Positions 1 to 9,715 of a stretch of DNA of 37,368 bases are shown one piece after another (position 1 is the stretch's first letter; the number at the start of each line of letters is the position of its first letter). The translations under genes were made by a program, and so were the position numbers. The notes under the pieces were generated by a model. That model did no database searches and was not told the origin of the DNA. It saw only the letters and a list, made by a program, of their open reading frames with translations. This DNA is from a virus (lineage: Duplodnaviria > Caudoviricetes). The stretch lies in the IMG/VR virus record IMGVR_UViG_3300005662_008223, positions 1 through 37,368 of that record; one strand, 5' to 3'.

Positions 1-1
1 A

Positions 2-340
2 TTTTTTAGCAAAATATGGAATAGCTAAAAGCAATTCTTTTTCATCAGATAAGTTAATTTTTTGGTACCAGCTTTGTTTTTCTTCAACTGTAAAAAACAT
101 CTGAAGTTGTTCCAGCAAATATAAGTATTTTTGTCTTAATAAGAATTTAGTAGAAACTTTTTTAGCTTTTCTTTTTGAAGACCAATCTAATACATATTGA
201 TTGTAATGATATAAAATATCACTTTCTATGAAAAGAGGCATTTGTCTTTTCCACTCTAAAAACGAAAGAGGCGCATCATAATCAAACGTTGATGCGTTAT
301 CTTTGCTAGCAAGTTGAGGTAAAAACGTATTTTTTTCCAC
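2..340 (-). CDS. Hypothetical virion/baseplate-associated protein, N-terminal part (runs off the window edge)
   Basis: Not in the ORF track. My translation from GTG at 340 is open to the edge (MEKNTFLPQLASKDNASTFDYDAPLSFLEWKRQ...LLLAIPYFAKK). TAAATA box at 352-357; follows the baseplate wedge genes. Confidence 0.7.
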   Translation of the reverse strand, partial: MEKNTFLPQLASKDNASTFDYDAPLSFLEWKRQMPLFIESDILYHYNQYVLDWSSKRKAKKVSTKFLLRQKYLYLLEQLQMFFTVEEKQSWYQKINLSDEKELLLAIPYFAKK

Positions 341-390
341 GGATTATAAAGTATTTATCGACCAATGCTTAAATTGACACTACTTTTTGA

Positions 391-3300
391 TTAATTTATA
401 TCAAAGAGTATTTTTGTTAAAAGTTGATTAAAGGAAATTTCTGCTATACCGTTTGGACCATACCATTCATCAGTAGAACTTATATTATAAGAAATTGTAG
501 TATTAGGTGAATCCCAATTTATAACATTGTTGACGTATCCTTCTAAAGTATTAGGAAGATATGTATAAAAATCATAAAATAGCATAGTGGGCTGCTTAAA
601 TCCCTCTAATTGTATTGCAGAAAGAGGATAACTTGTTTGTCCATTTGGTAATGCATTAACGTATATTAATTGATACAACTTAGTGCTTCTATCTTTAGCA
701 AAAATATATCCACCAGCTTCAATGTTATCCTGTTCACGGATTATTAATCCTAAATTGTTTATTAAATTACTTTCAATGTTAGGAATGCCTCTCAATAAAT
801 GTTTTGGAGTGGAAAAAATATTTAAAAGGCGTTGAATTTGCACTGGAAAATCAACACCAAAATTTTTATATGGCACATTAAGTTCTTCTGCCATTGCATT
901 TAACTGGGCAATATTTGAAGTCTCATAATCTCCATGAGATTGAACAAAATTTGCAATTTTCTCATAAGCAACGCGACCTAAGCTTTCCATTTTAGGATCT
1001 CCATTTCCAACTACACTAGGCAAAAATTCTTGAAATAAACTTGCATTATTTTTTAAAAGTTCCGGTAAAGCCAACGAATGCATATGAGAAGCACAATCAA
1101 ATTCTTCGTTCTTTTTTGTTAAAAATAAAGGCTCGTGTATATTTTTAATTTGAAATGGTTCAGATTTGCCGTACACATTCATCTTGTTTTCGCCTCCAGC
1201 GTACTTTTGAAACCACTTATTTCCTGTCCAATCTCCGGCCGCTTGTGCTGATCTTACATTTGTTGATGGCACGTTTATTACTGCATTGGTTATTGGATGT
1301 AAAACAAAGTTTGTTGTGGGAAATGGAATTATATCAACATTTCTGATAACAGTAGGATTATTAGAGTAAAAAACAACCGTTTCATTTTGTACTGAATTGA
1401 TTAGCCATACTCTATCATAAGGATCTATCGCCAAACCTCCCCAAATTTCATTGTCATTATTGGCAAGCAATACGTCCGCAGAAGAATATCCAGTGGTTAT
1501 TTGATTTAATTGCTTTGCGCTAGGGTCATATTTCCACGTTTCTATAAACAACGTATTAGGATTTAATTTACTACAAAAATCATGACCATGAGTAAACCAA
1601 ACATTGTTATTTCTATCTATAGCTATATAACTGGGTTTTAAGATGCCATTAAAAATATGTTTTACGTTGCCGTTAAGTGAATCGTAACAGCGAATCTCAT
1701 TCGTTTCCCTGCATGCAACCCAAACATCAGCTACAGCATCAATAGCAATAGCTACCGGAACAGAATTTAATGGCAAATTAGCTCTTAATACTTCATTACC
1801 TAAAGAATCAAACTTTATTAACATGCTACTAAGAGGATGGCCATAACAAACCCAAACGTTATTGTTTTGATCTGTTTCTATTGCAGGAGGTTCAATGTAA
1901 AAACTTCCATCAAACATAGCAGTTAAATTTGTTACTCCTGTCGGACAAGCAGTTAGTAGTAGATTTAAATTGGAGTCCAGTTTTACAACTGTTTGACTAG
2001 TATACATTGAAATCCACAAGTCTCCATATTTATCTATCGAAATACAAGAAGGAGTGTTATATATGCCGCTTGTATACGTAGAAAGAGAAATAGTGCTTAA
2101 CAGAACTCCAGAACTATCAAATTTATACAACAAATCTTTATCTGCATCTCCTGCATATAAATGTCTTGTGACAGGATTAACAGCCATTCCATAAACGCCT
2201 GTTGTTCCCAAGTCATAGTTAGTTAGCCCAACTTGCCCGTTGTTTGGTACAGTATATGCTTCAATTTTTCCGTCTATTACAGCTTTTTCTAAGATTAGCT
2301 GATCAACAGAAGGACATAAACTTGCATCTGTTACTATAGGACCAGGAACGAGGTAAATTTTATTTATTAAATTTTTTACAGGATGTGAAATATAAGCTGA
2401 GGGAGATATTAAATAACCGGAAGGAAACGTAAATTTGTGGGAACCTGATAGATCAAAATTTGTTACAACTGCACTTGCTTGCACTACCGTTGAACTAATT
2501 GCACAAAGAGAAGTTAATGTGGTAAAAATATATCCACTTTTTATTATTCCTTGCTCGTCTGTAGATTGAAAATATAACGGTTCATCTTCTACTAAACAAG
2601 AGCTAATAGGTAAACCCGATAACCACAATTTTAAAGCACCAGATTTTCCAAACTCATTTCTTCTGGGATAAGAAAGAACTTTTGTTTTATCTACTCCCAT
2701 TAGCGGAGTATAATTTGGCATTAAGCTAGGTTCATATTCGCATGTAATTAAAACAGGGATAGGAACATTTGTCCATTTTAACTCATAAATTTCACTCAAA
2801 AAGTTTTCAGTAATAAGAAATTTTGTTGGAATTACATCTTCAATTCTCCAAAACGTTGCAGCTTTTACTGTCTCGTTATTACTATAACTATAGTAAGGAT
2901 ATCTTACAGATTCAGGAGGATATGTGAAGTGCGTGGTGCTTAGTGTTGCAAGTATTGTTAATGGGCAAGTGGTACTTGTATCTACTCCAGTACTGGAATC
3001 ATCTATATAATAAAAAGATGCTCTTCCAGTAACCGCCACTATTTTTCCGTTTTTATATACTGGAACAGTATCAATAATAATACAATCATCTTGAAGCACT
3101 TCCATTGTAACCGCATCAACAAATCTCCATCTAGGAACTAAAAACTCCCATTTTGTAGGAACAGCATAGTGAGGTATAGAGTTTGTATTTATTGGTTGCA
3201 AAACAATTTTTTTGGTTTCAGTTATCTTTGCTGAGGTGAGACTAATAACAAAAGGTTCGGTCGAGGCAAGTCCAGGAAGACCATTAAGTGCTGGAACTTG

Positions 3301-3576
3301 TTCAAACTCCATCATATCTCTATAACGATAATCAACATTTATATATTCAGTTGTCGTATATATCTGTCCCCACTCTGTCCAAGCTGAAAGCGACACAGTA
3401 TAAATTCCTGGATATTGATATATATGAGTTACAGCCGAAAGATCATAATGAGACGTTCCATCACCCATATCCCACGCATAATCCGTAAAAACGGATGGAG
3501 TTGCTTTACTAAAAACAAAAGCGGTCTCATATACATATCCACTTAGGCTTGGTGTAACTAAAATATCAATTGTCAT
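391..3576 (-). CDS. Large baseplate-associated protein (gp7-like position): N-terminal PKD domain, central beta-propeller, C-terminal wedge-like region
   Basis: PKD signature YAWDMGDGT...THIYQYPGIYTVSL; repeated (I/V)AID/ETDxxNNVWV blades (NHL/Vgb-like); immediately downstream of gp6. The gp7 equivalence is inferred from position. Confidence 0.6.
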   Translation of the reverse strand: MTIDILVTPSLSGYVYETAFVFSKATPSVFTDYAWDMGDGTSHYDLSAVTHIYQYPGIYTVSLSAWTEWGQIYTTTEYINVDYRYRDMMEFEQVPALNGLPGLASTEPFVISLTSAKITETKKIVLQPINTNSIPHYAVPTKWEFLVPRWRFVDAVTMEVLQDDCIIIDTVPVYKNGKIVAVTGRASFYYIDDSSTGVDTSTTCPLTILATLSTTHFTYPPESVRYPYYSYSNNETVKAATFWRIEDVIPTKFLITENFLSEIYELKWTNVPIPVLITCEYEPSLMPNYTPLMGVDKTKVLSYPRRNEFGKSGALKLWLSGLPISSCLVEDEPLYFQSTDEQGIIKSGYIFTTLTSLCAISSTVVQASAVVTNFDLSGSHKFTFPSGYLISPSAYISHPVKNLINKIYLVPGPIVTDASLCPSVDQLILEKAVIDGKIEAYTVPNNGQVGLTNYDLGTTGVYGMAVNPVTRHLYAGDADKDLLYKFDSSGVLLSTISLSTYTSGIYNTPSCISIDKYGDLWISMYTSQTVVKLDSNLNLLLTACPTGVTNLTAMFDGSFYIEPPAIETDQNNNVWVCYGHPLSSMLIKFDSLGNEVLRANLPLNSVPVAIAIDAVADVWVACRETNEIRCYDSLNGNVKHIFNGILKPSYIAIDRNNNVWFTHGHDFCSKLNPNTLFIETWKYDPSAKQLNQITTGYSSADVLLANNDNEIWGGLAIDPYDRVWLINSVQNETVVFYSNNPTVIRNVDIIPFPTTNFVLHPITNAVINVPSTNVRSAQAAGDWTGNKWFQKYAGGENKMNVYGKSEPFQIKNIHEPLFLTKKNEEFDCASHMHSLALPELLKNNASLFQEFLPSVVGNGDPKMESLGRVAYEKIANFVQSHGDYETSNIAQLNAMAEELNVPYKNFGVDFPVQIQRLLNIFSTPKHLLRGIPNIESNLINNLGLIIREQDNIEAGGYIFAKDRSTKLYQLIYVNALPNGQTSYPLSAIQLEGFKQPTMLFYDFYTYLPNTLEGYVNNVINWDSPNTTISYNISSTDEWYGPNGIAEISFNQLLTKILFDIN

Positions 3577-3577
3577 A

Positions 3578-5392
3578 TTACTCCAGCGTTAAATAAGGTT
3601 CTTCGTTTACTTGAATTTTCTGGGATATGTTAGTTAGGTCATGAAAATATAAAAATTCAAATTCTTTTACTGTTATATCGTTAGTTACTACTCTTTTATC
3701 ATAAAGAGGATAATTTGGATTCCACATAAACAATGATAACCCTTTGTATATTTCCCCGCTATCGGTTCTTATAGTTTCAATTGATTGTATGCCGTTGATT
3801 GAAAGAATTGAGCTTACTAAGTTTGTATATAGTAAAGGGGTGCCAATTTGAAATACAGAAGGATCAAAAAAGGACCATAAAGAAGTTATAACATCTTTAA
3901 TAATACTAGCTGAAGCTCTTCTGTTTCCAGTGGCTCTTATAATTCTAAGCTGACAATAATCAATATCTTGTACAGTAATTACTCTTTGCTCGTCTGGTAT
4001 GCCAAAAGAAAGCGCTTTGTATATTGGCTCTAAAAACGAAATTTCAGTATTTACCATTTTTGAATTGTTAATACCAGATAAAATTATTTCTTTTTGAGCC
4101 GGAAGAAGATACTTTAATGTTGAAGTTTTTGACGTTTTAGGCAAAGCACAAACATACAAATTGTTAAAATTGCAAGAACTTGAGTACGTAAGTTGATTGA
4201 AAACTATTTGTTTAAAAGCATCTGGAGAAACTTGAATCTCTTCAAAATATTTTAAATATTTTGAAGCATATTCCCAGTTATTAAATATTTTTACATCAGA
4301 AATAAAGTTTGCAAAATTTACTTTAATAAAAGTTTCGTAATCTTTTTTCGTCACTAAACGATACTGACTTTTAAATTGTGAAGGAGCGTTTTTTCTTATA
4401 TTATCTACGCTTTCAATTCCTTTTGGTAAAGTAGAACCTGAATTATTGTTAAAAACAATGCTTTTAAATTCAGCATTAGTCATGTACGTGAATTTTTCTT
4501 CGTTTATATCATTTTGAATTCTATTGAAAGTAGTAGTAGAAAAGATTACAGAACCGTTTTTAGAATTTTTCAAACTATTTGGACCAACAACTCCTTTTTC
4601 ACCAGAGCTTTCTAAATAATAAACAGCAACAATATCTCCGGTTTGAAGTTTTCTCCCGTTTATATCATCTCCAAACAACAATTCATATCTGACATCTGAA
4701 TTCAATCGTTTTTCATATGTGCGATCATAAGATTGTTCTAAATATAAATTTGGAACTTCTTTGTACTCCACCCATTTTTCTCGCTTACTTTCATACACAT
4801 AAACGTGTATATTAAAATGATCGATGGGAATTCCGTCTAAGTTTAGAGTTAGTACTTCATTTAAATCGCCGGCTGCAGTATAAATGGGGTATTCACGAAA
4901 AATTCCTTGGTATAGAATTTTTTTGTTTGATAAATCAGTCAAAGGTTCGGTGATACTATCAGTTTGAATAGAAAAAGAAACGTCTTCGTTGAAGGAGAAC
5001 GGCGCTTCTCCAATCAAAAGATATGAATATTTAGGTATGGTATAAAATCCTTGTGAAAATCCTACAGCTGAAGCCTCAAAAGCAAGAGTGGATGTTTGGT
5101 AGCCGATTGGTTTGTAATCCAGCAATTTTACTATTCGATTCATGTTTTCAAATAGTTGAGCTTCAGTAAACGTAGCTTCGTTGCTTGTTCTATGCAAATA
5201 GAACATTAGTGTATTGAATACATAAGAAACTATATCAATGATAGCTGCTAAATTGCTTCCAATATAATTTTGATCAGTAAAAACCCCTTGTTCGTTTAAC
5301 CTTTCTAGAATTAAATTTCTCATTGCTATTGCATCAAAAGCTGCATAGCTATTTTTAGGAAGAGGAAATTCTGTTGTTGTTATTTCGTTCAT
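3578..5392 (-). CDS. gp6: Baseplate wedge subunit, T4 gp6-like
   Basis: FTDQNYIGSNLAAIIDIVSY, LLDYKP, YELLFGDDINGRKL, ESVDNIRKNAP...QYRLVTKKDYE are typical gp6/baseplate J motifs; adjacent to gp25. Confidence 0.92.
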   Translation of the reverse strand: MNEITTTEFPLPKNSYAAFDAIAMRNLILERLNEQGVFTDQNYIGSNLAAIIDIVSYVFNTLMFYLHRTSNEATFTEAQLFENMNRIVKLLDYKPIGYQTSTLAFEASAVGFSQGFYTIPKYSYLLIGEAPFSFNEDVSFSIQTDSITEPLTDLSNKKILYQGIFREYPIYTAAGDLNEVLTLNLDGIPIDHFNIHVYVYESKREKWVEYKEVPNLYLEQSYDRTYEKRLNSDVRYELLFGDDINGRKLQTGDIVAVYYLESSGEKGVVGPNSLKNSKNGSVIFSTTTFNRIQNDINEEKFTYMTNAEFKSIVFNNNSGSTLPKGIESVDNIRKNAPSQFKSQYRLVTKKDYETFIKVNFANFISDVKIFNNWEYASKYLKYFEEIQVSPDAFKQIVFNQLTYSSSCNFNNLYVCALPKTSKTSTLKYLLPAQKEIILSGINNSKMVNTEISFLEPIYKALSFGIPDEQRVITVQDIDYCQLRIIRATGNRRASASIIKDVITSLWSFFDPSVFQIGTPLLYTNLVSSILSINGIQSIETIRTDSGEIYKGLSLFMWNPNYPLYDKRVVTNDITVKEFEFLYFHDLTNISQKIQVNEEPYLTLE

Positions 5393-5396
5393 GTTA

Positions 5397-5897
5397 TTAT
5401 CTGTTTCTAGAGCTTTCTACAAATATAAAGCTTTGTTTTTTAAGATCTAATTGTGTATTTATTGTAGCCCTCGTGTTTAAAGTAGGCATTTGTACGATTA
5501 CATCAATATCATAAGTGTGTGTTTCAGGATCAGCAATTACATTTACTTTAATTAGTTTTACTCTAGGTTCATATTCTTGTATAGCTCTAGAAATACGTTC
5601 TCCTAAGGTCTGGCCATTGTAATCCGTGCATGGTTCAAATAAAAATTCGTAGAAATCTAATCCATATTCCGGAAAGAGAAACCTCTGTCCTCTCTTAGTA
5701 TTAAACAGATTTCTTAAAGAATTACGAATCGCAAGCTCATCTAAAGAAACTTTTATGTCATTTGTTTCTATTTTTTTTTCTAAAACATGGCTGTAATTAC
5801 CATCTATAGTCAGATCTAAATGTAAATCTTTATAGATATAATCTTTAATTGAATATTCTTCAGAGATTTGTTTGAGCTCTGTTATGTGAATTGCCAT
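5397..5897 (-). CDS. gp25: Baseplate wedge subunit / sheath initiator, T4 gp25-like
   Basis: YKDLHLDL, AIRNSLRNLFNTKRGQRFLFPEYG, LFEP, IQEYEPRV match the GPW_gp25 family. Confidence 0.93.
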   Translation of the reverse strand: MAIHITELKQISEEYSIKDYIYKDLHLDLTIDGNYSHVLEKKIETNDIKVSLDELAIRNSLRNLFNTKRGQRFLFPEYGLDFYEFLFEPCTDYNGQTLGERISRAIQEYEPRVKLIKVNVIADPETHTYDIDVIVQMPTLNTRATINTQLDLKKQSFIFVESSRNR

Positions 5898-5903
5898 AAA
5901 ATT

Positions 5904-5957
5904 TACTTATTCGAAGAGAAACAATAAGTCGAAAGTTTTGGTTTATTTGATTAAATA
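5904..5957. promoter_or_regulatory. Divergent pair of late-promoter-like boxes: TAAGTA (minus, 5904-5909) and TAAATA (plus, 5952-5957)
   Basis: Each box lies 5-6 nt upstream of its start codon and resembles the core of the T4 late promoter TATAAATA. Confidence 0.6.
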
Positions 5958-5962
5958 AAAAT

Positions 5963-6508
5963 ATGAACAAATTTGATGTGTTATTTGAACAGGAGCTTGA
6001 GCGCTTTCAGCAAGGAGGCGTAGTTATTGGCGATAGAGTTCGATTCAAAAAGAATTGTCTAAAACACGACTATATTAAAAATAGAGCTCAATCCTTTCAT
6101 GATATAATTCGCTCATGTATGGATCCCAAATTTGACCTAAACCTTCGAGTAGGCTCAGTAAAATCAATATATCCAACATCAGCTACAAATTTTCAAGCAG
6201 GACAAAATGCTCCAGATGGAGTATTTTTAGACATATATATTGAGTATGCTCCTGGTTTGTATCGCAATCCAATGACTGTACCAATAGAAGTTATAGAAGT
6301 AGTAACAGACGGAATAAATAGAGGTCCCGTTCCAAAAAGTTTACGCAGACCAAATAAAATTCACAATCCAGAACCAGTAAATATGAATCAACAAGATATA
6401 GATAAAAACCTAAACTTAACCGATGTTGATACAACTCTTCCCGGTGCTAATAAATGGGACGATACGCAACCTGGCGGAGGAAACTTCAAAGTAAAAGTTA
6501 AAAAGTAA
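5963..6508 (+). CDS. Hypothetical protein (possible head-internal protein)
   Basis: 181-aa ORF with a TAAATA box; N-terminus MNKFDVLFEQELE; no family recognised. Confidence 0.75.
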   Translation: MNKFDVLFEQELERFQQGGVVIGDRVRFKKNCLKHDYIKNRAQSFHDIIRSCMDPKFDLNLRVGSVKSIYPTSATNFQAGQNAPDGVFLDIYIEYAPGLYRNPMTVPIEVIEVVTDGINRGPVPKSLRRPNKIHNPEPVNMNQQDIDKNLNLTDVDTTLPGANKWDDTQPGGGNFKVKVKK

Positions 6509-6551
6509 TAGAACTTTTACAAAAATGCATTAATATTACTACGCGCAACCT

Positions 6552-6752
6552 ATGTACCAAAATAAAATTCAAAAGCTTTATTACAAATGTTTGGTAATGC
6601 TGTTTTATTACATAGGAGATATTGCATGCAGAATAAACAGCGAACTAACGTTTACTTTATATCAAAAATCCATGAACCTTTCTGTAAAATACGACGAAAA
6701 AATTGGTTGGTGGTATTGGCAAGAACCTTTAAATAAGAATACTGATTTATGA
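6552..6752 (+). CDS. Hypothetical small protein
   Basis: 66-aa ORF filling the gap, with an ATGA overlap into nrdB. Confidence 0.55.
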   Translation: MYQNKIQKLYYKCLVMLFYYIGDIACRINSELTFTLYQKSMNLSVKYDEKIGWWYWQEPLNKNTDL

Positions 6753-7741
6753 AAACTCAAACAAAACTTAAAATCTTTGAAGAACAAATTTCAAGAAAAC
6801 CAAACTTATATCCATGGACTGAACAATACACAGAAGCCATACATAATGGATTTTGGACTGATAAAGAGTTTAATTTTAAATCAGATATTCAAAACTTTAA
6901 AGTAACTCTCACTGAACAAGAAAGAGAAATAATTATACGTACTCTTTCCGCAATTGGTCAAATTGAAGTTGCTGTAAAAACATTCTGGGCAAAACTTGGA
7001 GAAAATCTTCCACATCCTTCTCTTGCTGATCTTGGGTATGTAATGGCTAATACTGAAGTAATTCACAATAATGCATACGAACGTTTATTAACAGTTCTTG
7101 GATTAGAAGATGTTTTTGAAGAGAATCTTAAGTTAGATTGGATTCAAGGGAGAGTCAAATATCTCAAAAAATATACTCATAAATTTTATAAAGACTCAAA
7201 AAAGCAGTATCTTTATGCTTTAATTTTGTTTACTTTATTTGTTGAAAACGTATCGTTATTTTCTCAATTTTACGTCGTAAATTGGTTTGCTCGTTTTAAA
7301 AACGTTCTTAAAGATACTGATCAGCAAGTAAAATATACTCGCAATGAAGAAAATCTTCACGCATTGATAGGAATTCAAATTATTAATACTATTAGAAAAG
7401 AATATCCTGAATTGTTCGATGAAGAACTTGAGGAAAAAATTCATCACGAAGCACAAGAAGCATTTGAATCTGAAGCAAAGATTGTTGATTGGATGGTCAA
7501 TGGAATTAAAGAAGAAGGATTAAGTGCTCAGATTCTGAAAGAATTTATTAAAAACAGAATAAATCAATCATTAAAGCAAATAAAATTTAAACCAGTTTTT
7601 GATGTTGATAAAGAATTATTAAAGACTACAATGTGGTTCGATGAAGAATTACTCGGAAACAACCAAACTGACTTTTTCCATAGTCGCCCGGTTGATTACT
7701 CAAAAAAATCTCAATCTTTTGATGAAGAAGATTTGTTTTAA
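6749..7741 (+). CDS. nrdB: Ribonucleotide reductase class I beta subunit (class Id / NrdBi-like)
   Basis: Ferritin-like ligands QIEVAVK, TEVIHNNAY, VENVSLFSQF, EENLH; C-terminal DFFHSRPVDYSK...DLF. Confidence 0.95.
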   Translation: MKTQTKLKIFEEQISRKPNLYPWTEQYTEAIHNGFWTDKEFNFKSDIQNFKVTLTEQEREIIIRTLSAIGQIEVAVKTFWAKLGENLPHPSLADLGYVMANTEVIHNNAYERLLTVLGLEDVFEENLKLDWIQGRVKYLKKYTHKFYKDSKKQYLYALILFTLFVENVSLFSQFYVVNWFARFKNVLKDTDQQVKYTRNEENLHALIGIQIINTIRKEYPELFDEELEEKIHHEAQEAFESEAKIVDWMVNGIKEEGLSAQILKEFIKNRINQSLKQIKFKPVFDVDKELLKTTMWFDEELLGNNQTDFFHSRPVDYSKKSQSFDEEDLF

Positions 7742-7744
7742 CGT

Positions 7745-7972
7745 ATGACGGTTAAAGAGCTAATTCACAAGCTTAGTACAAAAGATCCTTCAATGAGAGT
7801 TGTTGTGCAAGGGTATGAATGCGGTTTTGATGAATGCGATGAAATCCGCTTTGTATATATGACTCCAAATTCTAAAAAAGAAGGCAAACAATGGGAAGGG
7901 GAGTTTGAAGAATCGCATCATTCCAACAAAGAGGCAGAGACTGCTTTATGCTTTATTAGAAAATCCTATTAA
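7745..7972 (+). CDS. Small phage hypothetical protein (MTVKELIxxL...VVVxGYExG type)
   Basis: 75-aa ORF with 3-nt gaps to nrdB and nrdA; N-terminal pattern common among small phage proteins. Confidence 0.75.
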   Translation: MTVKELIHKLSTKDPSMRVVVQGYECGFDECDEIRFVYMTPNSKKEGKQWEGEFEESHHSNKEAETALCFIRKSY

Positions 7973-7975
7973 ATT

Positions 7976-9634
7976 ATGACTAAAGACAACCATTATTGGC
8001 TAAACAAAGATTCACGTAAGTTTCTCGAACGTGGATATTTGTTAGAGGGTGAAACTGCCGAACAGCGAATTGAAGATATTGCTCAAACTGCTGAGGATTA
8101 TTTAAAAATTCCAGGCTTTGCTAAAAAGTTTGCAGATTATATGGCATTAGGATTTTTTTCCTTGTCATCTCCTATTTGGAGTAATTTTGGAAGAAAGCGC
8201 GGACTTCCAATTTCTTGCTTTGGTTCTTTTATTTCCGATACAATGGAATCAATTTTACATAAAGTTTCCGAAGTCGGTATTATGACAAAACACGGAGGTG
8301 GTACATCAGCTTATTTTGGAGCGATAAGAGGAAGGGGCACGCCGATTTCTTGTGGAGGGGAATCAACAGGCTCTGTTCATTTTATGGAACTTTATAATAA
8401 GCTAATGAATGTTGTTTCACAAGGGAATGTGCGTAGAGGTTCATTTGCTGCTTATCTTCCTATTGATCATAAAGACATTGAAGAATTTCTCGAGATTCGT
8501 TCGGAAGGACACGACATTCAAGAAATGTCTTTTGCTGTTTGCGTTTCAGATCAGTGGATGAAAGAAATGGTTGAAGGAGATAAAGAAAAGCGAAAGATTT
8601 GGTCTAAAGTTATTAGAAAGCGTTTTGAATCTGGATATCCATATATTATGTTTTCAGATACAGTTAATAATAACGCTCCTCAAATTTATAAAGATAAAGG
8701 AATAAAAATTCACAACTCAAATCTTTGCAGCGAGATTGCACTTTCTAATGATGAAGAAGAATCATTTGTGTGTGATCTTTCTTCGTTAAATCTAGAGCGT
8801 TGGGACGAATTAAAAGATACAGACGCTATAGAAACTTTGGTTTGCTTTCTTGATGCTGTAATGACAGAATTTATCAATAAGACTGAAGGGATGCAATTTA
8901 TGGAAGCCCCTCGTAAGTTTGCTATTAATCAAAGAGCTCTTGGCGTCGGAGTGTTAGGATGGCATTCCTTGCTTCAATCAAAAACAATTGCTTTCGAATC
9001 ATTTGAAGCAAAATTGCTTAATGTAGAAATTTGGAAAACCATACGAGAACGAGCTGATAAAGCTACAGAAGAATTATCTAAAGCTTACGGAAAAGCTCCT
9101 ATTTACGAAGGTAGCAAATACAATCGTCGCAACGTAACTACGTTAGCTGTTGCTCCAACGACTTCCTCTAGTTTTATTTTAGGACAAGTTTCACAATCCA
9201 TTGAGCCTTTAAATTCAAATTATTATGTTAAAGATTTAGCAAAAGGAAAATTTACATATAAGAATCCTTATCTTAAACATCTGCTTAAACAAAAAGATAA
9301 AGATGATGATGATACATGGAAATCTGTTCTTGAACATGGCGGATCCGTTCAACACTTAGAATTCCTTTCAGAAAACGAAAAAGATGTGTTTAAAACATTT
9401 GCAGAAATTTCTCAAAAAGAGATTGTAATACAAGCAGCCCAACGACAAAAATACATTGATCAAGCTCAAAGTCTTAATGTTATGGTTCCTCATGATGCTA
9501 AACCAAAAGATGTCAACGAACTGCTAATTTTTGGTTGGGAACAAGGAATTAAAACATTTTATTATCAACGCAGCTCAAATCCAGCTCAAAAATTAGCTCG
9601 TACTATTCTAACTTGCAAATCATGTGAAGCTTAG
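7976..9634 (+). CDS. nrdA: Ribonucleotide reductase class I alpha subunit, short form without ATP cone (NrdAi-like)
   Basis: LPISCF, SNLCSEI (N-C-E catalytic residues), APTTSSS, DQAQSLN, KTFYYQR tyrosine dyad, C-terminal CKSCE. Confidence 0.96.
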   Translation: MTKDNHYWLNKDSRKFLERGYLLEGETAEQRIEDIAQTAEDYLKIPGFAKKFADYMALGFFSLSSPIWSNFGRKRGLPISCFGSFISDTMESILHKVSEVGIMTKHGGGTSAYFGAIRGRGTPISCGGESTGSVHFMELYNKLMNVVSQGNVRRGSFAAYLPIDHKDIEEFLEIRSEGHDIQEMSFAVCVSDQWMKEMVEGDKEKRKIWSKVIRKRFESGYPYIMFSDTVNNNAPQIYKDKGIKIHNSNLCSEIALSNDEEESFVCDLSSLNLERWDELKDTDAIETLVCFLDAVMTEFINKTEGMQFMEAPRKFAINQRALGVGVLGWHSLLQSKTIAFESFEAKLLNVEIWKTIRERADKATEELSKAYGKAPIYEGSKYNRRNVTTLAVAPTTSSSFILGQVSQSIEPLNSNYYVKDLAKGKFTYKNPYLKHLLKQKDKDDDDTWKSVLEHGGSVQHLEFLSENEKDVFKTFAEISQKEIVIQAAQRQKYIDQAQSLNVMVPHDAKPKDVNELLIFGWEQGIKTFYYQRSSNPAQKLARTILTCKSCEA

Positions 9635-9676
9635 AATAGTTGACCGGCTTTAATTTATTAATAATTAAAATTTGAA

Positions 9677-9715
9677 ACACACACAATTGGTTTCTTAGAA
9701 AGGACACACACAATT
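9677..9715 (+). repeat. 12-bp direct repeat ACACACACAATT flanking the ribosome-binding site
   Basis: Exact copies at 9677-9688 and 9704-9715, enclosing GAAAGG; the second copy abuts the ATG at 9716. Confidence 0.85.

Noticed and set aside
6491-6520. 9-bp inverted repeat GTAAAAGTT/AACTTTTAC over the stop codon of the 181-aa gene
   Set aside because: AT-rich stem, 12-nt loop and no U-tract on the coding strand; too weak to call a terminator.
6749-9634. Intron or intein in nrdA/nrdB
   Set aside because: Both ORFs are continuous and compact with all motifs present.
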